Assembly: GCF_009914755.1 (NCBI RefSeq) | Contig: NC_060936.1 | Reading direction: 5' to 3' (one strand) | Length of the DNA stretch: 64,000 nt | Source of the DNA: the human T2T-CHM13v2.0 reference genome, Homo sapiens | Shown here: one piece after another, positions 42,503-56,259 of the stretch | How the letters are laid out: every line of letters begins with the position of its first letter | Numbering within the stretch: position 1 is the first letter of the stretch | Program-made: the position numbers and the translations under genes | The notes under the pieces: generated by a model | Told to the model about the DNA's origin: nothing | What the model saw: only the letters and a program-made list of their open reading frames with translations | Database searches by the model: none

Positions 42503-43199
42503 TAAAGCTGTTGACCCAGTATGGTGTAGGGGAGAGTATAATAGTCAGATCTGATTTTGGATCTCACTTTCATCCCTGTGGGATTATAAATCCCATTTTA
42601 TAGGCTGGCCATGAGGATTACATTTGATAATGGGATACGACATAAAGCTGGTAGATGTTTTCTTCTTTTTCTTACTGTTACAACTTTAAGATTTTTTTCT
42701 GCCCAGTTGTTGTTTCACTTTTAGGAGAAAATTTATAGTTCATAATGGGAATAGTCAATTCTGATGTTCACCGAAAGTAGATATAAATGACCTATTCCAG
42801 ACAGACTGCAGGGTGTCGGGATGTTTCTGTGTGGGGATATGTACACGCTTCTGAGTCAGTAGGTGCGTCATGCAGGAGAACATGCTCATATACAAACATA
42901 CATATCCTGTGTGATTTGTAGTTCATAATATGTGAGACATGAGGTACAAGTTTAATTACCGGCCTGGAGCTTCTGAGCTACACACAGGGTCTGACATCTG
43001 AACGCGGGAGAGTGTGTTTCCTGTGAGAAACATGTTAAGGTGAGGCCGGGCGTGGGAATAGTTGAGGGAGAGTCTTGTAAAGATAGATCCGAGTTTTAGG
43101 GTCAGAGACGTTATGCAGCCCTGACTTTGCAGCTGATGTGCTTCGTTGATTCTGTGAGTTGTGGTGCTGTGGGCTTGTTCCAGGCAGGGTTCTGGTCAC

Positions 43200-44145
43200 C
43201 TTCTCTGCCTGCTGTCTCCGGGTGACCCCATCCACTCTCTCAGCGTCATGACCAGTTCCCATTCTCAGACTGCAGCCCACATCTCTCCTCTGAGATACGC
43301 GAGGCATAGCTGCCTGCCTGCGGGACATCTTCACTGAGATGTCTCATAGGCACCTCAGGTTCGCTGGGTTGCCTCCGGAGTCCTGCCCTCTTCCCAGCTC
43401 CTGCCATTCTCACTTTTCTTGGTAATAAGTCACCAAAATCACAAGCCTGAACTCTGCTCTCTCCTTTCTCCATAACAAGACCTGGCGATTCTACATCTGA
43501 AATGTTTCTCCTCTTTGTCCTGAATCTGTCCTCCCCATTCCAGGCCCACTGTGGCCGTCCCTGTTCGTGTCTCTTCACCTCTGGCCTGGATCTCTGCAGT
43601 GATCTTTTAGATGTTGTCTTGGTTCTCCTATCACAGCAGTGTGAGTGCATATTCTAGAATAGAAACCTGATTATGCTTCTCCCTTCCTTAAACCCCATCA
43701 GTGGCTTTTCCATTATTCTTAGGATCATGACCCACTCCTCACCCGGGCTCAGGAGCCCCTGTGTAATCATGCCCCTGAGTCCTCTTCCATCCCCATTTCT
43801 TACAAGCCCTTCCCTCTGCTCCAGCCACACTCAGCTGCCTACCTCCCCTCCTCGACTCGTTGCTCCTACTCTCTCTTCAGGTCTCAGTGTGGATGTCGCT
43901 TCTTCCAAGAAGGCTTTCCTGCTACCACCTTCAGATCCAAGTCTCCTCCTATGTTATCCTATAGTACCAGTTCCTGCTGTCTCAGCGCATATCGCCTTGT
44001 GCTTTATTTCCCTATTTCCTCATCTAGAAGTCAACCATCAACTTTGTGAGAGTAGACACTGTTTATGCTCTTTACCACTGAACCCCAGCATCTACCACGA
44101 TAGCTGGTGCCTGCTAGAGACTTAAAACTATTTGTTCAATGAACT
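43200..44145 (+). mobile_element. L2 3' fragment
   Basis: caggtctcagtgtggatgtcgcttcttccaagaaggctttcc...tatttgttcaatgaa. Confidence 0.65.
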
Positions 44146-44859
44146 ATCATTGGCCACATGTACCTTTCCTGTATGAAAAAAAATGTTCTATGGATGCTAG
44201 CAATTAAATGAATATTTGTTGGTCCCGTTCTTAATTCAGTGATTGAGGCTGTATCAGTCACAGAGGATCCCACTAGAAGAGTATACCTCTGAGGTCAAAG
44301 CCACCATCCATCTGACCTAAAGCAAGTCCGCAGTTAAGCTGTCCCAGTTAGATGTTCACTGCTGAAGAGCAAAGTCAGGCAAAGTCAGAGTTGCAGAGAG
44401 GTTTTTAATCAATGCAAACTGAGTAACAGATTTTCGCATAGACAAGTGTAACCGGCACGGCATAAGTCTCAGAAAGGGCTAGGGGAGTGAGGGCTTTGCC
44501 TGAGACAATCAAGAATGCCCTGTGCTTAGGCAGTGGCAGCAGAGAGACTGTAGGGAGCCCCTGAAAAACCTTGCTTGAGGCAGGAGTATTTTAGGGTTTG
44601 GAGGAGCCAATATATTTTCTCCCTTGACCTTATCCACCATTACTGGCTGCTCTGAGCAGAAGATGCAGTGGGGGATGTTCTCAGACCAGAGATCTGAACT
44701 GTCCTGAGGCCAAGGCTCCTAATTGCGGGCACTCAGGGCCTGGGGTCCTGCTCTGGGGTGGGGCGGCTCTGCAGAGTGGACATGACCCCTGCTCCCAGCG
44801 TGGTCCAGGTCCCTTTACTCATGTGTGCTGTGGGTCCGACACAACCATGAACTTTTCTC

Positions 44860-45120
44860 TTTATAATAAGGTCTAGGGTTCTATATATTGCACTGTAGGA
44901 TGACTGCAGTAAACAATAATATACTATACAGTTTCAAATAAATAGATGGAAGATATTGAATGTTCCCAACACAAAGCAATGACAACTGTTTGAGTTAATG
45001 GATGTACTAATTATCCTGACCTGATCACTATACATCCTATGTATTCAAATATTACTATATTCCCTATGAATATGTACAGTTATGATTTGTCAATGAAAAA
45101 ATTAAATTGAATTTTAAAAA
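44860..45120 (+). mobile_element. L1MA-like 3' end
   Basis: gaatgttcccaacacaaagcaatgaca...ctgatcactatacat...atttgtcaat. Confidence 0.75.
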
Positions 45121-46719
45121 TAGATCAAAATAAGTTGCTCCCTACTCGAAGATGTAAAGAAAACCAAACTAATGGCTTGGACTGCCAGTACTGCAGGGCC
45201 TGGGGCCTTGTCCACAAGGCCAGCTCCAGTGGCTTTTCTTGGAGGCTTAACCAAACTGCTGCCAGCCTGTACCCCACCCCACTTTCTTCTTACAGCTTTG
45301 CCTCAGCGGCAGAAATCAGAGTTTTCAGAGGTCTTCAGGTCCACCTCCACCTCGGGAGTGCACTCCACGTAATCCAGTCAAGGCAGCAGGGACCTATCCT
45401 GAGCCCCAAGGAGTAGCTGCCTCAACTTTCCTTACACATTCACTCCAGTTCCTCGGGCCCTCAGCTGATACCAAGTAACATAGAAAAAGTCAAGAATCAA
45501 GAGCCAGAACCCGTGATCCTGACCCTGCTGCAGAGAGTTACACATCTGAAAAGTGGATGAAATGATCCCCATCTATCTCAGTCTGTAGGCTTACCCCTTA
45601 AATAAATGGAGACAATGGGCATGAGGACTTTAAGAGGTAAGAGGTTGTGTGCAGATCTTACATTTTGCTCTTATAACCTCACACTTTGCCTGTTATAACC
45701 TTGCTCTCTCAGGGGCCTCCAGGGTAGCTCCATGCCTGTCTTCCCTTATCATGCTGTTGATGGAGCTGGATGCCAGCTCCACATGGCTGCCCCTTCCAGA
45801 CATGCCCATGGGTGCTGAATTCGTGCTGTTGAAAATGGAGAGATGTTTTTCCCTTAGGCAGCAAATGGCATAGAAGGTGGAGGTTTGGGGAGCAGCAGGA
45901 AGACTTGGACAAAGAACGTAAGGGGCTGTGACTTGGATAAAGGACTTGGACAATCTGAACTTTCTGGGTCTGTGACTTGGACAAAGGACGTGACTCACTG
46001 CAGGCAGCCTGCTGGCAATTATTTGTCTGGGGAAGAAACCTTGCTCCAGAAACCTCTGCCTTCACTTTTGTTTCTCACCTGCTGGCTCAGTCTTCTTTTT
46101 CTCTTCCCTTCCCAGGCCTGGGTTTCTATGCATCTAAGTGCAAGAGCTCTTTCTTTTCCAACAGGAGAGACTGTGAGGGGCTCACTATCCAAGTGGCAGC
46201 CCCAGTTTTTCGGCTCTGGGCTGTGTGGGCCTGGGTGTTGGAGAGAATCCAGTCCCAGGCAGCTGTTCTATTGGTGCCTGCTTCACTGGGCAGTTGATGC
46301 ATAACCTTACATAGGTGTCAAGGATCTAGACTGTTCTGAATATGAAAAGAGCTAAAGGGGAAAAAAAAGCAAAGATTTGAGTTTCAAATCCATTAAAGCC
46401 ATCCTTCTTTGGCTTCCTAAGTGTGTAGTGCTGGACCATTATTTCTAAAGTGCTGGGGCTGGCTTATCTCCCAGGACATAGGCCTGAGCCAGGATGCTGT
46501 GTTCCTTTGGGTACCATGGCTGGTGCCAGCAGCTGAACTTCACACTGGGGCCTTGGGAGTGTGGGGGGCAGTGGGAAGTGATTCCATGGCCATCCCTGCA
46601 GTTACTTTCCTTTGATGTGGCTCTTGACAGTGGCCTTGGAGACCCCCTTGTGACTCACTGCAGTGGACTCTCCTTGGTCTCATCTCACCTGGCCAATCAG
46701 CCAGCTACACTAGACACTG

Positions 46720-47350
46720 TTGCTTGTTGCGTTTGACTTGATACCCACTGCTCTGTGGGCTTCTAAGCTCTGCTTTCTCCTGCGTCTCCCACCTCCCTGA
46801 CTGTTCTCTCTCAAGCTTTCCTGTGGATTCTTCTTTCTCGCCCAGGGATGTTGCCTCCAGCCTACTGTCCCTGGGTGATCTCATCCTCTTCTACATCTTG
46901 GGACATCCAGATCTGCACTTCTGGCTGGATTTCTCTTGCTTTGTGTTTTGCAGGCACTTTAAATTCAACATGACCCAAACTGAGTTCCTCACCTTTCCTT
47001 CCAATTTGCTCATCTGCTTCTCTCCTTGTCTGCCTGTCTCATGGAGGGCACTGCCATTCTCCCCTTCACCCCAGCCAGAAGTCAGGAATCAGACCAGAGG
47101 CCTCCCTTACTCTCAACTCCCCTGCCCCAATCTCAGATGATTTATGACAAAATCCTGCTAATTCTACTTTCTTAACACTGTTTACGTCCATCTCCTTCTC
47201 TCTATCCACATTGCCCTAGATCAGCACTCATTAACTCTTCTTCCCAGCTCTTGCTCCGTGCCTGTCTCGTCTCCGCACTGCAGCACAATGCCTGGCCAAC
47301 AGGATGACTTAGTGGATGTTGGTGGAATGAATGAATGAATAAGTAAATGA
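46720..47350 (+). mobile_element. L2 fragment(s)
   Basis: caggcactttaaattcaacatgacccaaactgagttcctc...gaatgaatgaatgaat. Confidence 0.65.
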
Positions 47351-49864
47351 ACTATGGGTAGAGATTGCCTGCTCAGGGGAGTAATGCAGGGTGGTTGTTC
47401 CACAGCTGGGTGGCATTGTGAGTAACCACCAGGCATCACCATTCTTCATCTCATTTGCCCTCAGTGAGCTGCTTGTGAATGAACCCACTTTAGAACGAGG
47501 TTTGTGGGATTCAGGAGACTGGGGCTGTTGTCCAGGCTCTGTAACTTGCTCATCATGTGACAGGTCCTTTTTGAGACTATTTTTGTCCCTGAGAGAACTG
47601 CAACACCGGGGATCAAAGGGTTTGAGTGTCTCAGTTGCTCTGCGTCTACCATGCAGCACTCTCCTTGGAAAGGAAGAAGGACAAAGATAGAGATAGAGTG
47701 AAGCTGGAAAAGCGGCGGAATCTGTAAGGAGGTATCTTGCTAGTTTCTTAACGCAAAACATTGTTCAATCCCCCATGATCACCCAGTCGTCTCAGAAAGT
47801 TCTCTGTTCCTCTTTCCCTCAGGACAAAGAGGGCTTGGTCTTGGGGATTCTGGAAGCCTCTTTGCAGACCCCTGACACCTAAACTAAATATACGATGTAC
47901 CTACTGAACAGATAACTCCTATTTCAGTTTCCCTTATATTTTGGCTTGAACAGGGATTTTATATCTAGTTTGAGTAGCTGACTGTGTGGGTCCCAGTAAG
48001 TCCCTTAGACCCTTTGAGCCTGCGTAATGACATCTTACCTGAAGACAGAGGCTGGGGCCCATGATTCTAGCACATCTTGGAATGTGTTCCTTTCTGTGTT
48101 TCCTTCTGTTACTTCTACTCTTCCAATTGCAGTTTTTAGGGAATGCGTGCGCTCCGTGAGAGTGCAGTCTTCTCTGTCCATGGTGAGTTCCCTGCCGAAT
48201 TTTCTCTACTTCATTGTATCTGGATCCTTTTGGAAAGCCAGCTATGTGGTTCTTTCATGTCACTTTTCCTGTCCTCAGCCCCTTTCAAGTGTTCTGGAGA
48301 TGAGAGCCAGAATATGGGTATAGAGAGCATCATAAGTTACCAGTCTTGGAAAAATGTTTAATAACAACTATTTTAGTTCAGTTCATTGCCTCAGCAGATC
48401 CATTCCCTACAGTATGTTATTTTGTGGTACTTTATCCTGTTCGATTTTAGATAATGAATAATCACAATTATACCAGGTACTGCTCTAGTGATTTCCTCCT
48501 AGGAGCCTATGGTGACTTAGCACATCTTGGAATCCTTCTTGAGCCCCCGGATACTGAAGGATCAGGCAGATCCGGGCAGAGGCAGGGGGCAGGGGCAGGA
48601 TTTATTGTGATTGTCCTTTGGAGAGGGAAGCTCCAAGGAGGGGACTTTGTCAGGGTCAAAGAGTTGGCCGCAGGGCCAAAGTCAGGCTGTGAGCCCTGAC
48701 TGTTCCATGTGTCAGGCTGCCGTGCAGATGTTCTAGCCTCTCTGAATTCATCCTGCCTTTTTTTTTTTTTTCTGTTACCCCTAAGGTGCTCTTTTGTTCA
48801 CCACAGAATACTGAGCACTTCTGGTTCCTCTGAGGTTGGTATCCGGTTGGCTCAGTGTCAGAGCCCTGGCTGGGCTGGCACCAGGACCCTCTGGCTCACC
48901 TTGTGGGGGATGCCAGCACCAGATTGCTGTTGGGGTGTGGCTGGCATTCGGGCTGCAAGACGTGGTTTAGAGAGGGGTTGCTCACCCAGGCCTGCAGAGC
49001 CTCTCCAAATCCATCCGTACTTCCACTGAAGATGTCCAATATAAGCGGGTCAGGGTCACCCTGCCTCCAAGTGGAATGTAAATACATAACACGTGGAGCC
49101 TTTTTTCTGAGTGTGCCAGCATCCCACATGTGCCCTTCCAGTTCACTCTGCACCTGTCTGCACCCTGCTCTGGAGAGGTTTCCTTGCAAAGCTGACCTTT
49201 CCGGCTGGGTTCTGCCTGTGGGCGACAGGAGCACCAGTGGGAGGGCAACAGGAGCACCAGTGGGAGGGTGGGGGAGGGAGGGGCATTGATTCCCTCGGCC
49301 CCTCCCTATGGGGGTCACTGTCGACCTGCTCTTTCCCCGACCTGAAACTTTCGTGTAGCAGACCCCATACTCCTTCATGGCTTCTGGGTTCCAGTAACTT
49401 CTCCCCTCTTGCCTCCTACATCTAGGGGTCATCCTGGAGCTCCTCTCTTACCAATCCCAGGCAACTGCCACTTTGCTTCCTCTAAGCTATGTTGACAAAC
49501 AGAAATTATGGATGCCATTCATCCAGCACTTGCTATGTGCCAGGCACTTTTCGAAGCTTTCTACATGAATTCTGTCTTTTAAATCCTAAAAAAATCCTCT
49601 AAGGATATACTAATGTCTCCAATTTACAACAGGGAAACTAAGACACAGATGGGTTCAGTAAATTTCCCAGGATAACAAGGTTTCAAACAAAAGCAGTCCT
49701 ATTCCAGCGTGCACTCAGCATAGGGTCTGGTCAACAGGTGCTGGCTGTGGTTTTGATTGTGGTGGCGGCTGCTCATTAGGATTGCTAGCTGCTCACATGT
49801 TTTGGATGAATTCAGAAAAGCAGACCTGGTTTGCAAAGTTAGGTCCACCCTCCACCTGCTCACT

Positions 49865-50165
49865 GGTGTGGTCCCTGGGCCAGTAGCATCAGCGTCACCT
49901 GGGAACTTGTTAGAAATGCAAATTGTCAGAGGGATAGCCTTAGGAGATATACCTAATGCTAAATGACGAGTTAATGGGTGCAGCACACCAACATGGCACA
50001 TGTATACATACATAACAAACCTGCACGTTGTGCACATGTACCCTAAAACTTGAAGTATAATAATAATAAAATAAAAAAAAAGAAATGCAAATTGCCTCCC
50101 CATCCCAGACCTGCTAAATCAGAACCTCTGGGGACGAGGCCAGCAATCTGTTGTCCAGGTGATTG
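49865..50165 (+). mobile_element. MER5A-like hAT element, split by the short L1PA
   Basis: gtgtggtccctgggccagtagcatcagcgtcacctgggaacttgttagaaatgcaaatt...cccagacctgctaaatcagaa. Confidence 0.75.
49926..50080 (+). mobile_element. Severely 5'-truncated L1PA (about 155 bp 3' end)
   Basis: gatatacctaatgctaaatgacgagttaatggg...ccctaaaacttgaagtataat and A tail; TSD agaaatgcaaattg at 49912-49925 and 50081-50094. Confidence 0.93.
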
Positions 50166-50861
50166 TGGACATGCTGGCTTGACAGCCACCACACTGCACA
50201 GAACCCACCCACATGCTCTGTGAGTAGAAGCACATTGCTTTCCTGCAGGGGTATTTACGGTCTCTGCACTCTGAGCCTGGTGTGGTTGAACTAGCAGGGC
50301 GGGCCCCATTCTCTAGCTTGCTCTGCGAAACAGGCTGCCTTGACACCCATGCATTGTCGTTAGTGCTGGCAGTTCCTATTTCCCATCTTCTGGTGACTGT
50401 GGCCAGCCAGAAGCCCAGGCTTCCCTGGTGGTTGGTTTCTCAGGTCTGTGTACCTATTTGTCCTGGCTCTGTCTTTTGCTGCTCTTCTCCCTGATGAATT
50501 TAACTTTACCTGTAAGGTCTCTGGTAGCTCCAGCTTATAGTTTGGCCTTGTGGATAAAGTATCCGCCAATAGTTGACCCAGCTTTCTTGGGCTCTGGAGT
50601 GCCCAACCTCCTTCTGAGATAAAGCAAGGCAGGGTGGGCCATTCACATGGTGGAGCATCTCAGAGCAGCATTGAGTGGGGCCAGGGCCATGCTTGGGCAG
50701 TTGAGGAAGCACTTTTCTTTACCATAGGCCCTAGGGCTCTCTGGTATGGAGCTACCTGGCATGTGGCAGACTGGGTCTCCAGGATTGGCTTCAGCTGCTC
50801 TGTCACTGTGCTTCTCTGCTGTTTTCTTTGCCTGGTCCCCTCTTGGTGATTTGTTAAGGGG

Positions 50862-51202
50862 TTCATTCATTCATTCATTCATTCATTCGTTTGTTCATTT
50901 ACTCATGCATTGCATTCAACAAATATTTATTGAATGTTCACTCAGCGTAAGAGACAGTTCTATAAACTGGGATTATAGTACAGAGGAGCCTGATGCTGCC
51001 AGCATTTACAGAGCTTTCATTTTATGGGGGAAACAGACAATAAGCAAATATATGAAGTGGTGTCCGGTGCTGAAGAAAGTTCTGAAGAAAACTAAAGCAA
51101 GTAAGAAAATAGAATGTGATGGAGGTGGCAGTGTTTGCAGAGAGGGTAATCTGGAGAGGGCATTCTGAAAAGGTGACATTTGAATAAAGACTTGAGTGAG
51201 GT
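50862..51202 (-). mobile_element. L2 3' end (host of the ERV insertion; continues after 59460)
   Basis: (TTCA)n tail, cattcaacaaatatttattgaatg, ...aggtgacatttgaataaagacttgagtgaggt. Confidence 0.75.
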
Positions 51203-51843
51203 TAAAGGAAATAATGTATACAGTGGTCCATTTCCAAGACAAAGGGCCTTGATTTGGCCTAGGTCAGCAAACTACAGAAGAAACAGGATATACTAGGCCC
51301 CTGCTTCGATAGCCGATGCTTGTTTGTTGGCCTCCCCCTCCCCACCTTCCCCCTCGCCCCTTAGTTGCGCTCATCCAAACCAAAAAACTTTCATCTAAAA
51401 TAAGAATTTACCAGTCTGCAAAATAGCTCACTTTTGTCCATTCTTATCAGCCTGCCCAGCTACTTAGGTCATATGTCAAATACTTTAAGAGCCCCTGAGC
51501 TAACTAGGATTGCAATGCATTGTGGGCTGCAACAAAATGCAGCAAGACAACCTAAAAACAACAACAGCAACAACAAAAACAAAACAATAAAACACCTAAA
51601 GCCCCTACCCAACAATCAATAGGCAACGTCCAGGAAAATTGTAACCCCATAGTACCCAGCCTGTGAGGAACTGGGGGAGGGACCTGTGCACCAGGGGATC
51701 AGTTGCTTGTTGAAACTGTTCTGGGTGTGCCCGCTCATCAGACACCCGATCTTGTAAAATCGTCATTAAAAGTCTCACTTTCGCTGTTCTCCGGGTCTCT
51801 GAGTCCATTCCTTGGGTTTGGATGGGTGACTTTGTTTCTCACA
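51203..51843 (+). repeat. 5' LTR (LTR10C-like)
   Basis: taaaggaaataatgtatacagtggtccatttccaagac...tttgtttctcaca; direct repeat of 58838-59456. Confidence 0.88.
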
Positions 51844-51846
51844 ACC

Positions 51847-51864
51847 TGGTGGCCCGTACAGAGA
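51847..51864 (+). other. Primer binding site, tRNA-Ile
   Basis: TGGTGGCCCGTACAGAGA versus the tRNA-Ile(AAU) complement TGGTGGCCCGTACGGGGA (2 G>A mismatches), 3 nt after the LTR. Confidence 0.85.
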
Positions 51865-52237
51865 TCTCTGTGCCCGCGTGGAGTGAGTCTCTGGCCGAGA
51901 GGGGAGACACATCCCACTTGATTTATGTGGCCCGCTCTGTCCAGGTGTCCTGGCTCCCCACAGAAGCCATAGACAAACCCAACACTGTTATTCAGGAGAC
52001 AGCGAAAGTGACACAGGGAGAAAAGCAGGCACTGCAGCAACCAGGCAAGCTCATGCATGAGCTAAGGTAGGAAAATTGAACTATAAGTACTGCCTTGGTG
52101 GTTGGGCATCTTTGGAGGTCTTGGGGGTGGAAGAAACCTCCGGTAAGCGGGGCTGAGTACACAGAGGTGTGCAAGAAACCTCCATTGAGGGAGGCTGAGT
52201 ACACAGGGAAAAGCTCAAACACAGAAACCAGCTGAAA

Positions 52238-53547
52238 ATGAGAAACTGAAATTCTAGGCCTAGGGAACAAGGGAAAGAGGGAACTTAAAAACCCCTTCTA
52301 ACATTCTCCCAGATAGTCCGCTGGGGAGAATGTTGCAGGTTTAAAGGGATAATCCTCAAACCAGGGAAAAGGAAAAGCAAAAAATAATAAAGTATTGCTG
52401 TTTTGTCTGGCCTAAAGAGCCTATTTGTCAGCCTTCAGTCTTTTGGTCTAAGTTTGGCTCAGATAAGGATTGAGTGTGCGAAGCTTTAATTTTCTATGTG
52501 AATAATAAAATCCCATCCCCACAAGAGGAGATGGGTTATGCTCTTTGTTGGATTAGTGAACTAACCCACATGTTTCCCCTTAAAGAGAAAAAAAAAAAGC
52601 ATAGTAAACAGCCCTTGCCCAGTGAAAAGCCCTGGGATTCCCCAACACGCTTGCCCCCCTCACCATACATGTCACAAAGTAGAGGACAGGGAGACTGGGG
52701 GCAACAGGAAAGTCGGAGGAAGAGGAATCTGGGGGTCAAGAAGAAGCTAAACCCAATGCTCCCTTAAATCCTTACCTAAACTTGAGGGAAGAATTAGAAC
52801 AACGTGAGAAGGACATTAAGAATTTCCCTATTCCTTGTAAACAGCAGGCATCTAATGTGCGCCCTCCTAGAGAAGCCTCTATGGGACAGGGAAGAGTTAA
52901 ATTTGTGAGTGTACCTCTAACAAGTACTAGAGTTAGGAATTCTTTTTTTTTTTTTTAAAAAAAAGGCCACTCTCGGAAAATCCCCTCAGTTTAACAAAGC
53001 AGCTAAATCAATTTTTAAAACCCAATTTTTGTACCTGGGCTAAGGTAATGTCAATCGTGAATATTTTGTTTACTGGGGAAGAGAGGGGAATAATGAAAAG
53101 GGCAGCCATAACCATTTGGGAAAAACGGCATCCTCCCAGGCAAGGACTCCTGCCAGCTGAGCAGAAATTCCCAAATGCAAATCCCAGATGGGATAACAAT
53201 AACCCCAGAAATCGGGCCCAAATGCAAGACCCTAGAAAGCTAATAATAATTAAAGGGATTCAAGAGTCCACTCCTAAAACACAGAATGTCTCAAAAGCAT
53301 TCAAAATCCAACAAGAAAAAGAGGAGACTCCCTCTGTGTTTCTGCAAAGGCTCTTGGGGACCAAATAAGAAAATACTCAGGATTAAATCCAGAAACCCAG
53401 TAGGGCAAGGCCTTTTAAAGGTTAATTTTGTGACTAAAAGCTGGGCTGATATTACTAAGAAACTGCAAAAAATTAACAAATAAAGTTTTAAAAAATTAAA
53501 AATTACTAAAGGAAGCTCAAAAGGCTTTTGTAAGAAGAGAAAAAAAG
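52238..53547 (+). pseudogene. ERV gag remnant (MA-CA), many stops and frameshifts
   Basis: DSPLGRML..., KYCCFVWP, AEQKFPNANPRWDNNNP, QQEKEETPSVFLQRL (major homology region-like). Confidence 0.8.
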
Positions 53548-55825
53548 TTTAGCTGCTGACCCTGAAGGCAGGGGAGAGCCGGCCACACAGCTATATGTGG
53601 AAGCTGGCTGCTAGAAAGCTGTTAATAGAAGTGACTGCTAAATCTTTGTCATTTTGGCAGAACTGTCCGTCTTTGCAGACGGACAGAGGGGAGCCAGGGC
53701 CCAGCACGGCTCAGCTCGTGGCCAGAGAGAGAAAGAAGAAAAAACTAAGTGTAAGGGAAAAAGGAAACAGGGAATGACAGAGAGAGAGAGAGAAAAAGAA
53801 AATAAGCGAGATAGAGACTGGAAATAACAGAGACCAAAGGGAGACACTGAAGATGAGACTGGGGAGAAAAATAATGGAAAAGGAAGAAAGAGTACAAGAG
53901 GAAGTGAGAGGATGCGGAGAGGTTGGCAGGGCTGGGGGAAGGTTCTAGAGGCTCAAGCAACAAAGAGGTGCCGGGAAAGGATGCAGTGTGGCCACTGAGG
54001 CGGGACAGGGCCCAGGAACTGGGGGATGCAAGTGAGAAAGGGATGTGGAGGAGAGTTTAGGATCAGGCTGTTTGAGGAACAGTGGGTTGCCTATGGCAAA
54101 GGGTAGATGGCTGTTTGTGAGGTGGGGGTAGAAAGCATTGAGGATGTGGAAGGGTAAATGGATGAGATGACTATTAAGGTTTTGTTGTTTTACTGAGAAG
54201 CTGTGAGTCCACCAGGGGCAGCTGTCAGTAAGGCTGCAGAAAGGCTGGGGGGCTACATAAGGAAGATCCAAATTAGGGTTGTAAACTCCAAGGACTACAG
54301 GGCCAGCAAATGGTGAGAAAAAGGGCTGCAGGGTTGGATGGGGACTGTGACTAACTCAAGAGGGCACACCCTGTTAAAGGGGCCATGGTTGCTCGGCTGC
54401 TCTTACAGTGCCAGCCCTGTGTTGCCAAATTGTCAACAAAATTTGGGAAACATCTAATTTTTTAATGTAAAATATAAGTTTTAAATGCTGGTGATCAGTT
54501 CAAAAATCTTAAAAACCCAATACAGGCGAAAGAGGATGCCACTTTGCCATCTCTGAAATAGAGAGATCTCATGCTGGGGAAAAGTCTGCCGAGACGCTTT
54601 GAGGTGGGTTGTATGAAAGTTTCCCAGAGCCAGGCTGGGCCAGGGGAGGATCCTTGCAGCTGAGGAGGAGGAAAAGCCACTGAGTCCCCTCCCAGAGTGG
54701 GGACAAACCGGAGACCCTTTGCAGTTGCTGGGTCACCAGAAGGGGCGATGTAAAATACAAACAGTGCATCTCTCGGCCTGTCGGGAAAACCAATGGTGCC
54801 TTCAAAGCAAAGAAAAGGAAAGGAGAGTGAAGCCAGGGATGCCTTTGCTCATGAGAGTGCCCATCAGGGAAGGAGCCACAGGCTGACAGCTCTTCAAACC
54901 AGCGGCTCTTGGCCCAAAGCCAGACCTAGCAGGACCCAGCCAAAGGCACCCTGGGAGCCCAGCTGTTCAGTCCCTTGCCTCCCCACGTTTCCCAGTGCAC
55001 CCTGGAAAGGTGCCTAACCTAACTCCAGCCAGTTTCTTATAAAAAGGAGAGGAGAATAAAAAGGCATCAAACTGTAACTGTTTAAATATCATAAAATATC
55101 AAACTAAAGTTAAACCAAACCTTAAAAAACTCCACTACATAATGGAATAAGGCTGTTTGTAAGTGGGTCATCCCAAGTAATAGATGGTAAAAAAACACAA
55201 TAACTATGCTGTCATCAATGAAAACAAACAATCCTTATGTAAAAAAGGTAAATTACTCAATAATTGTTCAGCCCAAATCTGTAAATTATATGCTCTTAGC
55301 CAGGCCCTGAAGCTCCTATAAGGCCACAATGACACTATATATATTAATTCCAAATATGCCTATGGAGTAATACACACCTTTGGAAAAATCTGGACAAAGC
55401 AAGGCCTAATAAATAGCAGGTGGAAAGATTTGGTATGTGGGGAACTGGTCAAACAAGTTCTAAAAAGCCACCTGCTCCCAGCAAAGATAGCCATAGTTCA
55501 TGTAAACTGCCATCAGAAAGGAAACACTATAGAAGCTTTAGGGAACAGGCTTGTGGATAAAGCTGCTAAGCAAGTCTCCCTGGAGGAAGAAGTTAAACTC
55601 CGGCCTAATCCCAGATATCCCAAGGTGGTATTAAAACCCCAATTTTCTAAAGAGAAAAAGGAAAAGCTGGGCAAAATCAGGGCCACTCAAACTGAGGATG
55701 GGACATGGGTGCTCCCTGATGGGAGAGAACTAATAAGCAAACCCATAATAAGAGAACTAACAAACATCCACTCTGCATAAGGGAAGTCACTGGGGTCGCC
55801 CAGGCCATGTGTGATCCAATACTCA

Positions 55826-56259
<434 letters not shown>

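Noticed and set aside
52131-52210. Two about 42-bp repeats (aagaaacctcc...ggctgagtacacag) resembling a repeat-spacer array
   Set aside because: Tandem duplication within the ERV leader; eukaryotic context with no CRISPR features.
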